64,000 nucleotides of DNA from Promethearchaeota archaeon (lineage in GTDB: Archaea > Asgardarchaeota > Lokiarchaeia > Sigyniarchaeales > SOKP01): the NCBI GenBank assembly GCA_030599585.1, contig JAUVNS010000008.1, positions 9,628-73,627 on the forward strand, written 5' to 3'. Every line of letters begins with the position of its first letter. Position 1 is the stretch's first letter. The notes under the pieces were generated by a model. The model did not search any database. It was not told where the DNA came from and worked only from the letters and a program-made list of their open reading frames with translations. A program made the position numbers and the translations under genes. Below are positions 18,002 through 27,348 of this stretch, piece by piece.

Positions 18002-18886
18002 CTAATTACCATTCTTGTTGCTATTCGCGACAAAAGCGTTTACAATGTGTGGTATGACTTCACGAGGAAAACTATGCCCCATCCCATCTAGAATCAATAA
18101 TTCTGCCCCAGGTATGGTTGTTGCGATTTCTTTACCCGCTTCAATAAGGTTAAAAGGATCTTCACTTCCATGAATAACAACTGTAGGTGCCATTATTGTA
18201 GATATATAAGGTTTAATGTTACCCGGAACTGCCATCGCTGCTAATTGGCGGGTTATTCCTTGAGGGTAATAACTTCGATCATACTCGCTTGTTCTATACT
18301 CTCTTGATTTATCCTCATCATAAGGAAATGTACCATTGATCAGACTATCACGTTTGACCATCTCTTCAATATATGCTTCACGCTCGGATGGAACGGGTGC
18401 AAAGAAATGCATCAAGATTTCAGGCTTTGAAGGTGGAAGTTCTGGATTTCCAGTTGTGCTCATAATTACTGTGAGAGATAATAATCGAGAAGGATGTCTA
18501 TAGGCTATAATCTGTGCGATCATTCCACCCATCGAAGCACCACAGATGTGTGCCTTATCAATATTTAGAGCATCCAAGACCCCAACAGCATCCCCTGCCA
18601 TGTCTTCTAAAGTGTACGGTACTTCGGGTAATTCTCCACGAGTATAGGTAGCATTAATCTCCACAAAGTTTGGTATACCTGCATCTTCAAATTTTGTTGA
18701 CAAGCCTATATCCCTGTTGTCGAATCTTATGACAAAAAAACCATGATTTGCAAAATTTTCGCACATCTCGTCCGACCAAGCAAGTAATTGGCTTCCCAGT
18801 CCCGCTATCAATAACAACGGTTTTGAAGTCGGATCTCCGATTGTTTCATATTCAATTTCTATATTATTTACGTTTGCTTTTGGCAT
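18002..18886 (-). CDS. Alpha/beta-fold hydrolase
   Basis: HG-type oxyanion region (LLLIAGLGS), nucleophile elbow ICGASMGG, C-terminal GMGHSFP catalytic His. Confidence 0.85.
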   Translation of the reverse strand: MPKANVNNIEIEYETIGDPTSKPLLLIAGLGSQLLAWSDEMCENFANHGFFVIRFDNRDIGLSTKFEDAGIPNFVEINATYTRGELPEVPYTLEDMAGDAVGVLDALNIDKAHICGASMGGMIAQIIAYRHPSRLLSLTVIMSTTGNPELPPSKPEILMHFFAPVPSEREAYIEEMVKRDSLINGTFPYDEDKSREYRTSEYDRSYYPQGITRQLAAMAVPGNIKPYISTIMAPTVVIHGSEDPFNLIEAGKEIATTIPGAELLILDGMGHSFPREVIPHIVNAFVANSNKNGN

Positions 18887-19031
18887 TATAGATATTCCTC
18901 ATTTATCTCTTTAAATATAGTAATTGTGAAGTGTAATATTAAGTTAAACTTTATGTAAAACCAAAAATAAGCTAAACTATAGTTTAATCATCATAAATTA
19001 ATGAAATATGAGTAAATTTTAAGTGATTACA

Positions 19032-20135
19032 ATGTCAGAAAAAATAATATATCTAGATGCAGAAACACTTGAAAGTTTCATGAGAGATGTTTTTATTGGG
19101 CTTGGGGTTCCTAAAGATGATGCCCAAATTATAGCTGAAGTGTTAATTGCTTCTGATATTAGAGGAATTGACACTCATGGAATACAACGCTGTAAAATGT
19201 ATTTTGATCGTATAAAGGCGGGTATCTATGAGGTAGATACTAAAATCGATATCATTAAGGATGGTCCAACTACTGCTCTTTGGGACGGAAATTGTGGAAT
19301 GGGACATGTTATTGCTTATAAAGCCATGAAAACTGCAATTGAAAAAGCGAAAAAGTATGGATTAGGCTCTGTAGCAGTCAGAAATTCAACTCATTTTGGC
19401 ATTGCGGGCTACTATTCACTGATGGCAATTAAAGAAGGGATGATTGGATTGGCAGTAACTAACGCTCGACCTTCCATGCCACCTACCTTTGGAGTCGAAC
19501 CAATGCTTGGCACAAACCCTTTAACTGTGGGTACACCAACAGACGAAAATTTCCCCTTTTTAATTGATTGTGCTACTACTATTGTTCAAAGGGGTAAAGT
19601 AGAGTTATATAATAGAATTAACAAACCTTTACCTGCTGGTGTTGTAATAACAGACAAGGGAAAAATGGAAACTGACCCCGCTATTATATTGGAAAATATG
19701 AGTAAAGGTAAAGCTGCTTTATTGCCTTTAGGCGGTAAGGGAGAAGAAACTTCAGGGTATAAAGGGTATGGATATGCCACATTGGTTGAATTATTATCAG
19801 CCGCCTTACAAGATGGAATATATCTTAAAGACACAATAGGAATTGTAGAAGATGGTCAAAAAAGGTTAAAAGTGGGGCATTTTTTCTTAGCAATTAATAT
19901 CGAGAGTTTTCTTCCTCTCGATGTTTTTAAAAAAACAGCAGGAAACATCATGAGAGGTCTTCGATCTTCTAACAAAGAACCCGGAGCAGATCGAATTTTT
20001 ACAGCCGGCGAAAAGGAATATGATGCGATGACAAGTAGAGGAAAAACTGGAATTCCTCTTAATAAAAGTTTACAAGAAGATATTAAATTTATGCGAGAAG
20101 AACTCAATTTGGATAAATACAAATCTCTTTTTTAA
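19032..20135 (+). CDS. Ldh_2-family (malate/L-lactate/sulfolactate dehydrogenase type 2) oxidoreductase
   Basis: RGIDTHGIQR, VRNSTHFGIAGYY, GTNP, IDCATT..QRGK motifs. First ATG after GTG 19023. Confidence 0.85.
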   Translation: MSEKIIYLDAETLESFMRDVFIGLGVPKDDAQIIAEVLIASDIRGIDTHGIQRCKMYFDRIKAGIYEVDTKIDIIKDGPTTALWDGNCGMGHVIAYKAMKTAIEKAKKYGLGSVAVRNSTHFGIAGYYSLMAIKEGMIGLAVTNARPSMPPTFGVEPMLGTNPLTVGTPTDENFPFLIDCATTIVQRGKVELYNRINKPLPAGVVITDKGKMETDPAIILENMSKGKAALLPLGGKGEETSGYKGYGYATLVELLSAALQDGIYLKDTIGIVEDGQKRLKVGHFFLAINIESFLPLDVFKKTAGNIMRGLRSSNKEPGADRIFTAGEKEYDAMTSRGKTGIPLNKSLQEDIKFMREELNLDKYKSLF

Positions 20136-20286
20136 TAAAAGGTTCCTTTTTTAATTTTTATTAAGAAAAAAGCTAATAATTAATAAGTTTAGAGCTGTAA
20201 ATACGAACTTTCACCTTATATTAGATATGAATTTTATTAAATAGTCTTCTAGATAAATAACTTCTATTGCATTCAAAGTGGTTATA

Positions 20287-21420
20287 ATGACAAGTACAAA
20301 AGCTGATGTTGCATCTAGTTCCAAAGATGTGGTCTACATAGATTTTAGAACGCTTAAGAATTTCATTAAAGATGTATTTATTGGTCTTAATGTGAAGAGA
20401 GCTGATGCTGATATAATTGCTGATGTATTAATTACATCAGATTTACGAGGAATAGATTCACACGGCATTCAAAGATGTAAGATGTATTACGATAGGATTA
20501 AAGAAGGAATATATAATACAGAAACTAAAATAAAGATCGTTAAAAAAGGGCCAACTACAGCTGTTATTGATGGTGGGTGTGGATTAGGACCTGTAATTGG
20601 TTATAAGGCTATGAAATTAGCTATTCAAAAGGCTAAAAAATATGGTCTTGGGGCTGTAGCAGTGAGAAATTCAACGCATTTCGGAATTGCTGGATATTAT
20701 TCGCTTATGGCGATAAATGAGGGTATGATTGGGATTACTACAACGAACGCTAGACCAGCAGTTCCTCCCACATTTGGCGTAGAACCAATGTTGGGAACAA
20801 ATCCATTCACTGCAGGCGCACCCACAGATGAAAATTTTCCGTTTTTAATTGATTGTGCTACATCGATTATTCAAAGAGGTAAAGTAGAAGTGTATGATAG
20901 GATTCACAAACCGCTCCCAGATGGGCTAATAATTACCACAAATGGAAGATCACAGAATGATCCTCACGAAACCCTTAAAAATTTAGAAGAAAGCACTGCT
21001 GCTCTTTTACCCTTGGGAGGTTTAGGTGAAGGAACATCGGGTTATAAAGGTTTTGGCTATGCGACATTTGTAGAGATTTTATCCTCAGGTTTGCAAGATG
21101 GAATATTCCTTAAAGATACGGCGGGGATTATTGAAGACAATCAAAAACGTTTGAAAGTTGGGCATTTCTTTTTAGCGATAAATATAAATCATTTTACCCA
21201 TTTAAAACGGTTTAAGCGAACTACAGGTACTATTATGAGGAACCTTAGAAACTCTAAAAAAGCACCTGGAAAGTCGCGAATATATACCGCTGGAGAAAAA
21301 GAATATTCTTCTGAAAAAAAACGGAAAAACCAAGGCATTCCAATCAATAAAAGTTTACAAGAAGATATTAAAACAATGCAGAAAGAATTGAAATTATTTA
21401 TGTACAATTTTCCGTTTTAA
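20287..21420 (+). CDS. Ldh_2-family oxidoreductase, tandem paralog
   Basis: Same motif set as the upstream gene (RGIDSHGIQR, VRNSTHFGIAGYY). High identity to 19032-20135 over most of its length, by eye. Confidence 0.85.
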   Translation: MTSTKADVASSSKDVVYIDFRTLKNFIKDVFIGLNVKRADADIIADVLITSDLRGIDSHGIQRCKMYYDRIKEGIYNTETKIKIVKKGPTTAVIDGGCGLGPVIGYKAMKLAIQKAKKYGLGAVAVRNSTHFGIAGYYSLMAINEGMIGITTTNARPAVPPTFGVEPMLGTNPFTAGAPTDENFPFLIDCATSIIQRGKVEVYDRIHKPLPDGLIITTNGRSQNDPHETLKNLEESTAALLPLGGLGEGTSGYKGFGYATFVEILSSGLQDGIFLKDTAGIIEDNQKRLKVGHFFLAININHFTHLKRFKRTTGTIMRNLRNSKKAPGKSRIYTAGEKEYSSEKKRKNQGIPINKSLQEDIKTMQKELKLFMYNFPF

Positions 21421-21423
21421 TTA

Positions 21424-22866
21424 CTAGAATATAACTCCATCAGTTCGTCTTTCCAAAGGTTCGGAATGAAGAATTATCTCAGTTAAATTTTCAATCTTTA
21501 AAGTATTTTTTATTTGTTGCTCTACACTTGTAATCAAAGTATGGACTCGCGAGATGTTAAGAGCACCGTCAAAAAAGACATGTAGTTCGAGCACACAAAA
21601 ATCAAGTGCAGCCCAAAATTCCAACCCATGATATCCCCTTACCTCTGGAATCTTTTTTAGTAATTTATCTATCGTATCTTGAATTTCTCTCTTCTTTTGG
21701 GGTTTTATAGGTGTGCAAACTAGATGATCTGTTAAGGATTTTTTCAGTGTGGATTGGGATTCTATATGCGTAATGATTCGCGAGATAAATGGAACTTGCT
21801 CTTGTAACTGTCTTTCAAACAGACTGCTTAATTCGTGAGCCTCTTCTAAAGATAAATTATCATCAACAACTATGGCAACTGATAAGAAGTATTTGTTTTC
21901 AATTCTAAACACATTCAAATCTTTAAAATCTGATATTTCTTTAAATTCACTTTTCATAGTATAAAGCAAGTTGACTATCTTTTCTCCGAGTGAAGATTCT
22001 CCACTTAAAGGATTCATTTCAACCAATGTCTTAACATTGTAAGAAGGAAAAAATTTCTTGCTCAAAGTACGAATCGCTTTCGTAATTTCATTCGCATGCA
22101 CAACAGATATATGATCTTCAACAGCTAGTCTAATTTCTAAAAACAAGGTGTTACCACTAAATCTAACTTTTAAATCTTCTACATTGTTTACATGATCAAG
22201 ATTAAATACGCTTAATTTTATTTCCTCTAAAATTACTGAGTTTATTGGGTTTTCATCGAGTAAGTTTTTAATTCCTTCCCTAGATAGAATGATTGAATTT
22301 GTAATTATCCATATAGCGAGAGCAATACTAAAAAATGGGTCTAAAAATTGGATATTCAAAAATAAAGCAAACATGAAATTAATTATAACGACAAGCGCTC
22401 TAAGAGAATCTTGGAATAAATTTATACCTTGCATTTTAAGTAATAAGCTTTTATGCTTCTTTCCTTGCCTTATTAAAACTCTAGAAAATACCATATTAAT
22501 GATAAAAGATATCGTTAGTATCACGAATCCCAAATCAGGATTGATAATCCCATATGAGCTGGTTAAAATGGTTTGAATTGCAATAAAAATAAGAACGCCA
22601 TAAATGTTGATTAATATAACACCCTGAACCAATCCTCCTACGGAATCAATTTTAGTATGGCCGTACATATGTTGGAAATCTGGGGGTTTTTGACTCACAT
22701 AAAGAGAATAGATAGTAAGAAGAACAAAAAAAAGATCCGTCAAAGTATCAACAGTTTCGGTTAAAAAGCTTAAACTACCAGTTAATATTACCCCTAATAA
22801 CTTTATGCTTGATTGAATAAGAATTATAAAAAATGCTATAATTCCATATTTAATTTTAATATCCAT
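21424..22866 (-). CDS. CDF-family cation efflux transporter with extended, repeated cytoplasmic C-terminal region
   Basis: Six TMs with SLSFLTETVDTLTD and HxxxD-like sites, followed by three successive ZT_dimer-like alpha/beta modules. Confidence 0.75.
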   Translation of the reverse strand: MDIKIKYGIIAFFIILIQSSIKLLGVILTGSLSFLTETVDTLTDLFFVLLTIYSLYVSQKPPDFQHMYGHTKIDSVGGLVQGVILINIYGVLIFIAIQTILTSSYGIINPDLGFVILTISFIINMVFSRVLIRQGKKHKSLLLKMQGINLFQDSLRALVVIINFMFALFLNIQFLDPFFSIALAIWIITNSIILSREGIKNLLDENPINSVILEEIKLSVFNLDHVNNVEDLKVRFSGNTLFLEIRLAVEDHISVVHANEITKAIRTLSKKFFPSYNVKTLVEMNPLSGESSLGEKIVNLLYTMKSEFKEISDFKDLNVFRIENKYFLSVAIVVDDNLSLEEAHELSSLFERQLQEQVPFISRIITHIESQSTLKKSLTDHLVCTPIKPQKKREIQDTIDKLLKKIPEVRGYHGLEFWAALDFCVLELHVFFDGALNISRVHTLITSVEQQIKNTLKIENLTEIILHSEPLERRTDGVIF

Positions 22867-22955
22867 AATCTTCGGAGATTTACTTTATTCATGAATAAAA
22901 AATTTTAAGCAATACTGAGAATTAAATATTTGGCAATAAAAATAAAAAAAAGTTA

Positions 22956-24188
22956 TTATAGATCTCTAGGAATGTTAATTTCGAGATCTGTAATGGGATA
23001 AGAAGCACAAGGATGAAAATAGTTGAATTTTTTATCTGCACCTTTTCTCCAATCAGAAACCGGATTTATATATACTTTACCATCCATAAGAAGCGATCGA
23101 CAGAATCCACATTCACCAGAACGGCATTTTGAGGGTGGATTTAAGTTTGCCCTTTCTAAAGCTATTAAAACAGACTCGGTTGCTATTGCAGGTATTTCCT
23201 TTGTTAAATCACCAATATGAACTTTTATCTTAAATATTTTTTCAGCAACTTCTTTGGGGAAATCTGGATGAGTTAGGATATCCTTCACTTCACCGAAGGC
23301 TTCTCTGCGAATTCTTTTAACAGGCAAGTTAAACTTTTCAAACTCTTCTTCAATGAAATTATACATGACTTGTGGTCCACAGATAAAAAATGTGCTGGAA
23401 TTCACATCACAGTATTTTTCAATTATCTCTTTGGTAATGAAGCCCTTTTCACATCCTTCTAATGTAACAACATCGCAACTTAAAACATGAACAATTTTAA
23501 TTTTCGCGGGATTATTCTTTTCCATTTCTTTGAATTCTTCGTAGAAAATGATGTCGTCTTCCTCGGAACTACCGTATAACAATGTTAATTTTGCATCAAT
23601 TGTCCCATTGATTATCGCTTTAGCCATCGATCGAAAGGGTGTGATACCGGAACCTCCTGCAATTCCAACTATTTGGTTCAAATCTCTTAGCTTTTCGTAA
23701 TAGAAGAACCCTTCGGGTCCAGAACTCTCAATTTTTGTACCTACCTTCCAGTTATCCCAGATGAAATCAGTTAAAAATCCATGTTCTTCTTTTCGAATAG
23801 TTAAATCGTAAAATCCTTTTAATGCGTCCTTAGGTGAAGAGGCTATCGAATAAGGGCGTGTTATCCGCACTCCCTCTAAATCAACCTTTAAACTAATGTA
23901 TTGGCCCGGTCGAAAATATGCTAATTCCTTGGTTACAGATTCGGGGTTTGGAGTTAGTTTAAATGTCCTTGTAGACTTAGTTTCTTCTTTAATCTCGTCA
24001 ATTATTAAGAATTGCCTATCAGGGTGCAATTTCCACGATAGATCCATAATTGGATCTTCTCTAATTGGTTCACTTGAAGCTCTTTCGATTCTCTTTTTCC
24101 GATTTGGAACTAATTTAGTAAATGCGAATAAATCCTTTGTGTTGGATCTGACTACTACATTTAGCTTCTCTTCCTTTTCTTTGCTCAT
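22956..24188 (-). CDS. Ferredoxin-NAD(P) reductase-like flavoprotein with C-terminal plant-type [2Fe-2S] domain
   Basis: FAD motif RPYSIASSP, NAD(P) motif GIAGGSGITP, C-terminal CRSGECGFCRS...C cluster ligands. Confidence 0.85.
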   Translation of the reverse strand: MSKEKEEKLNVVVRSNTKDLFAFTKLVPNRKKRIERASSEPIREDPIMDLSWKLHPDRQFLIIDEIKEETKSTRTFKLTPNPESVTKELAYFRPGQYISLKVDLEGVRITRPYSIASSPKDALKGFYDLTIRKEEHGFLTDFIWDNWKVGTKIESSGPEGFFYYEKLRDLNQIVGIAGGSGITPFRSMAKAIINGTIDAKLTLLYGSSEEDDIIFYEEFKEMEKNNPAKIKIVHVLSCDVVTLEGCEKGFITKEIIEKYCDVNSSTFFICGPQVMYNFIEEEFEKFNLPVKRIRREAFGEVKDILTHPDFPKEVAEKIFKIKVHIGDLTKEIPAIATESVLIALERANLNPPSKCRSGECGFCRSLLMDGKVYINPVSDWRKGADKKFNYFHPCASYPITDLEINIPRDL

Positions 24189-25753
24189 GCTTTCCCACCC
24201 TCTTGTAATAGTTTTCCTAATATTATCTGCGCCGAAATCAAACCATCAGATAGACAACTACTATATCCATGCGCTCGTCTGTTAAACCCTCCTGCAAATT
24301 CAAGCCCTTCAATGTATACATCTTTTCCCATCATACTTAATCTCGGTACTATAGAATCCCAAGATTCAGGCTCGTAGCCATAAAATATCCCGTTATATAA
24401 CTTCGCATATCTAGCAAAAGTAGCAGGAGTCGCAATCTCTATTTCTTCGATATGATCTCTAAGAGATGTTCCAGTACCTTTTTCAAACTTTATCAATAAT
24501 TCTTCAGCAATTTTGTTCTTAAGATCCACATATTCTTCAGGCTTAACATCTTTCCAAGCTTCAGGTCGGTATAAGGTCGTGATATCCAACATACATGTTC
24601 CAGGGGGGGAACAACCAGGAACAGCATTATTAAGAACGACACAAGCCAAACCTTTTGGGGCTTGAAGTTTTGTCCATGAGTCATAGGCTTCGTCAGTATC
24701 CATAGTATCCATAATAAAATACCCATATTCGTGCAATCCTAATTCCTCGGCTGTAGCGTCTAATCCCACATACACAACAAATCCCGTCAGTCCGTGGATT
24801 CGAGCATTAATATCTTTGTACGCGATTTCCGGTACTTCAGACTGGGGGTAAATTAGTTTGTTATATGTGAGGATTGGAGAAGCGTTACTTATAACGTAAT
24901 TTGTTTTTATTTTATCCCCGTTAGTAGTTTCGACGCCAACCACTTTTCCCCCTTCCACCAAAATTTTATCTACCCTAGTATTGTATTCAATCCTTCCTCC
25001 ATACTCTCGTATTTTGGCATCAAAAGCGGTTGTATATCCATGAGATCGATTTGTGGGAATCCATCCTCCCTTTTCAGCATAAACTAACACCATAGATGCA
25101 TAAAGTGTAAAGTTCATGCGTGACATAGGTAATCCGAGATAAGCCCAGAGTCCATTTAGGATTTTCTGTGCTTTTTCCGGAATCCCTAATGCGTTTTCTA
25201 CCTCAGTAACTGAATAAGCGGCTGTTTTAAGAAAATTTGAATACTCCTTGAATAATACTCCCTGATCCGGCTTTCCTTTCGTTTTTCCTATATAGGAAAA
25301 AGCGTCTCTAATCTCTTTAGCTACTTTAAAGAACTTTTCGACTGATTCTTTACTGCCTGGTACTTCTTTTTCAATAGTATCAATAAAGTTATCTACTCCA
25401 AAAGGCATGGAAACATCCATTTCTTCTCCCGGTTTAGTAACAATTAGCCTAAATGCTTCTGGAACCTGGACAAACTCGGCATCTAATTTAAGTTTGTCTT
25501 CGAACATTGTTCTAATGCTTCCCCTATTCGATTCAGGACCATAACTAGCAAGCTCATGAAGTGATGTTTCAAATTCGAACCGTCCCCTAACAAAACTTGT
25601 AGCCACGCCCCCAGGTAAATTATGCTGTTCTAAACATAGAACCTTCACGTCTCTCTGTGCTAAAAATGCAGTTGCCGACAATCCACCATTACCAGCTCCA
25701 ATAACTACAACATCATATGAGTCCTCAATTCTTTGTTCTTCACTTTTACTCAT
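24185..25753 (-). CDS. FAD-dependent oxidoreductase, phytoene desaturase (CrtI)/amine-oxidase-like family
   Basis: Dinucleotide fold YDVVVIGAGNGGLSATAFLA...LEQHNLPGG. 522 aa. 4-bp overlap with the downstream reductase. Confidence 0.8.
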   Translation of the reverse strand: MSKSEEQRIEDSYDVVVIGAGNGGLSATAFLAQRDVKVLCLEQHNLPGGVATSFVRGRFEFETSLHELASYGPESNRGSIRTMFEDKLKLDAEFVQVPEAFRLIVTKPGEEMDVSMPFGVDNFIDTIEKEVPGSKESVEKFFKVAKEIRDAFSYIGKTKGKPDQGVLFKEYSNFLKTAAYSVTEVENALGIPEKAQKILNGLWAYLGLPMSRMNFTLYASMVLVYAEKGGWIPTNRSHGYTTAFDAKIREYGGRIEYNTRVDKILVEGGKVVGVETTNGDKIKTNYVISNASPILTYNKLIYPQSEVPEIAYKDINARIHGLTGFVVYVGLDATAEELGLHEYGYFIMDTMDTDEAYDSWTKLQAPKGLACVVLNNAVPGCSPPGTCMLDITTLYRPEAWKDVKPEEYVDLKNKIAEELLIKFEKGTGTSLRDHIEEIEIATPATFARYAKLYNGIFYGYEPESWDSIVPRLSMMGKDVYIEGLEFAGGFNRRAHGYSSCLSDGLISAQIILGKLLQEGGKA

Positions 25754-25832
25754 AATCTCTTTCTCTTTTTTTTATTTTTTAATTATTAGTATTTCATAGT
25801 TCTTGATTTATTTTAAAGAGTATAATAACTTA

Positions 25833-27215
25833 TTATAATTCATTTGGAATTACCTTGAACACATAGACTGGAGATTCTATCAAATTTTCAGGAATGTTGA
25901 TAATCAAATCTTCTTGATCCTGTTCCCATTTTAGTTGATTATCGTAACCAAGCAACATAATTTTTGAATTCTGAGCGATTTTTAATGCCATTATCTTTAA
26001 TGTTTTTCCTATTGGGTTATTTAAGAGATGGATGTACAGTAATTCATTTTTATGCGTAAATCTAATTTCGAGATTATCCAAAGTGTTGCCCTCAGCTCTT
26101 TCCCAAGGGCGAGTGCCATAAATTCCTTCTCCGTTAATCTCTAACCATTGACCTATCCCTAGTAATACTTTTTTCTGAATTTCGGGTATTGATCCATCTG
26201 GTAAAGGTCCAACATTCAATAACAAATTACCATTTTTACTTACAATATCTACAAGCATCTTGATAATCTCATCGGATGTTAAGTAATCCCCTTCTTTTTC
26301 CATTTTATTATATCCATACGAATTTCCAATACCCCGATTTGATTCCCATTTCTTCTTTTTTATGGTGTTATAGGACTCATATTCAGGAGTAGTAAAATCA
26401 TAAAAAGGTGTTCTTCTTAACTTGATGAGCTTACCGTCTTCATGATAAAATTTTTCCCAACGATCATTAATTACTCCTTCTGGGAATTTATTATAATAAT
26501 AAGCAAAAAGTTCAAAGAGGCCGAGAAGTGGAGGTGCTCCGATGTCACTCCATAATATCGTAGGGTTATATTCATCAATTAATTCATACCAATGATTTTT
26601 TACATATTCTGTATATTCTGGAGTTGTAACTCCATTTACCATAAAGCTTAAACGATCTTTAATTGGTTCACGATTGAAAGACCAATCAAGAGAGCTTGAA
26701 TAATAAAAACCCATCTGTAGACCCAATTTTTTTACTTCTTCTGTTAATTCTCCAACGATATTTCTACTGGCATAATAACCTTTTTTTTGTGGATGTTTAT
26801 GTTTACTTGGCCATAGAAGAAAGCCATCATGATGTTTAGTGACTAAAACAACATACCGAGCTCCAGCTTTTTTAAAAAGAGCGGCCCAATTATCGGGTTT
26901 CCAATTCTTTATCTCCTTGTTAAAATCTTTAATAAAATCGTCATAAGAAACATTTTCACCATAAGTCTCATCGTGATATTTTTGAGTAGGGCTTCCATCA
27001 ATTCTTAATGTATTAAGATACCATTCTGCATAGGGGTTATTTTTATTGTGATATTCCTCCCCTTCTTTTGATGACTCTATGAAATTTAAACCTGTAACTG
27101 CGAATGCTGGTACAGAATACAATCCCCAATGAATGAAAATCCCGAATTTTGCGTTGTGAAACCAGTCAGGCACTTTGTGTTTCCTAATTGATGTTTTAGT
27201 AGGTTCAAAATTCAT
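25833..27215 (-). CDS. Alpha-L-fucosidase (GH29)
   Basis: PDWFHNAKFGIFIHWGLYSVPAF, HHDGFLLWPS, DIGAP. Start moved to ATG 27215 (MNFEPTK) because the 41-aa upstream extension is low-complexity and not part of the family. No signal peptide. Confidence 0.9.
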   Translation of the reverse strand: MNFEPTKTSIRKHKVPDWFHNAKFGIFIHWGLYSVPAFAVTGLNFIESSKEGEEYHNKNNPYAEWYLNTLRIDGSPTQKYHDETYGENVSYDDFIKDFNKEIKNWKPDNWAALFKKAGARYVVLVTKHHDGFLLWPSKHKHPQKKGYYASRNIVGELTEEVKKLGLQMGFYYSSSLDWSFNREPIKDRLSFMVNGVTTPEYTEYVKNHWYELIDEYNPTILWSDIGAPPLLGLFELFAYYYNKFPEGVINDRWEKFYHEDGKLIKLRRTPFYDFTTPEYESYNTIKKKKWESNRGIGNSYGYNKMEKEGDYLTSDEIIKMLVDIVSKNGNLLLNVGPLPDGSIPEIQKKVLLGIGQWLEINGEGIYGTRPWERAEGNTLDNLEIRFTHKNELLYIHLLNNPIGKTLKIMALKIAQNSKIMLLGYDNQLKWEQDQEDLIINIPENLIESPVYVFKVIPNEL

Positions 27216-27348
27216 TGTTAAATTCTCTAGGTGCTTATTTATTCTAATAATTATAAAAAAAAATTGGTCTATTAAAAAATTATATTTTTTAAGATTCTTT
27301 TCAATATTAATAATTAAAATCTTTTTAGAATGGAACAATTAAAAGAAA

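Noticed and set aside
27216-27338. 41-aa N-terminal extension of the GH29 ORF
   Set aside because: The extension (MFHSKKILIINIEKNLKKYNF...) is AT-rich low-complexity, absent from the family, and would consume the divergent promoter region. The internal ATG at 27215 precedes the conserved domain.
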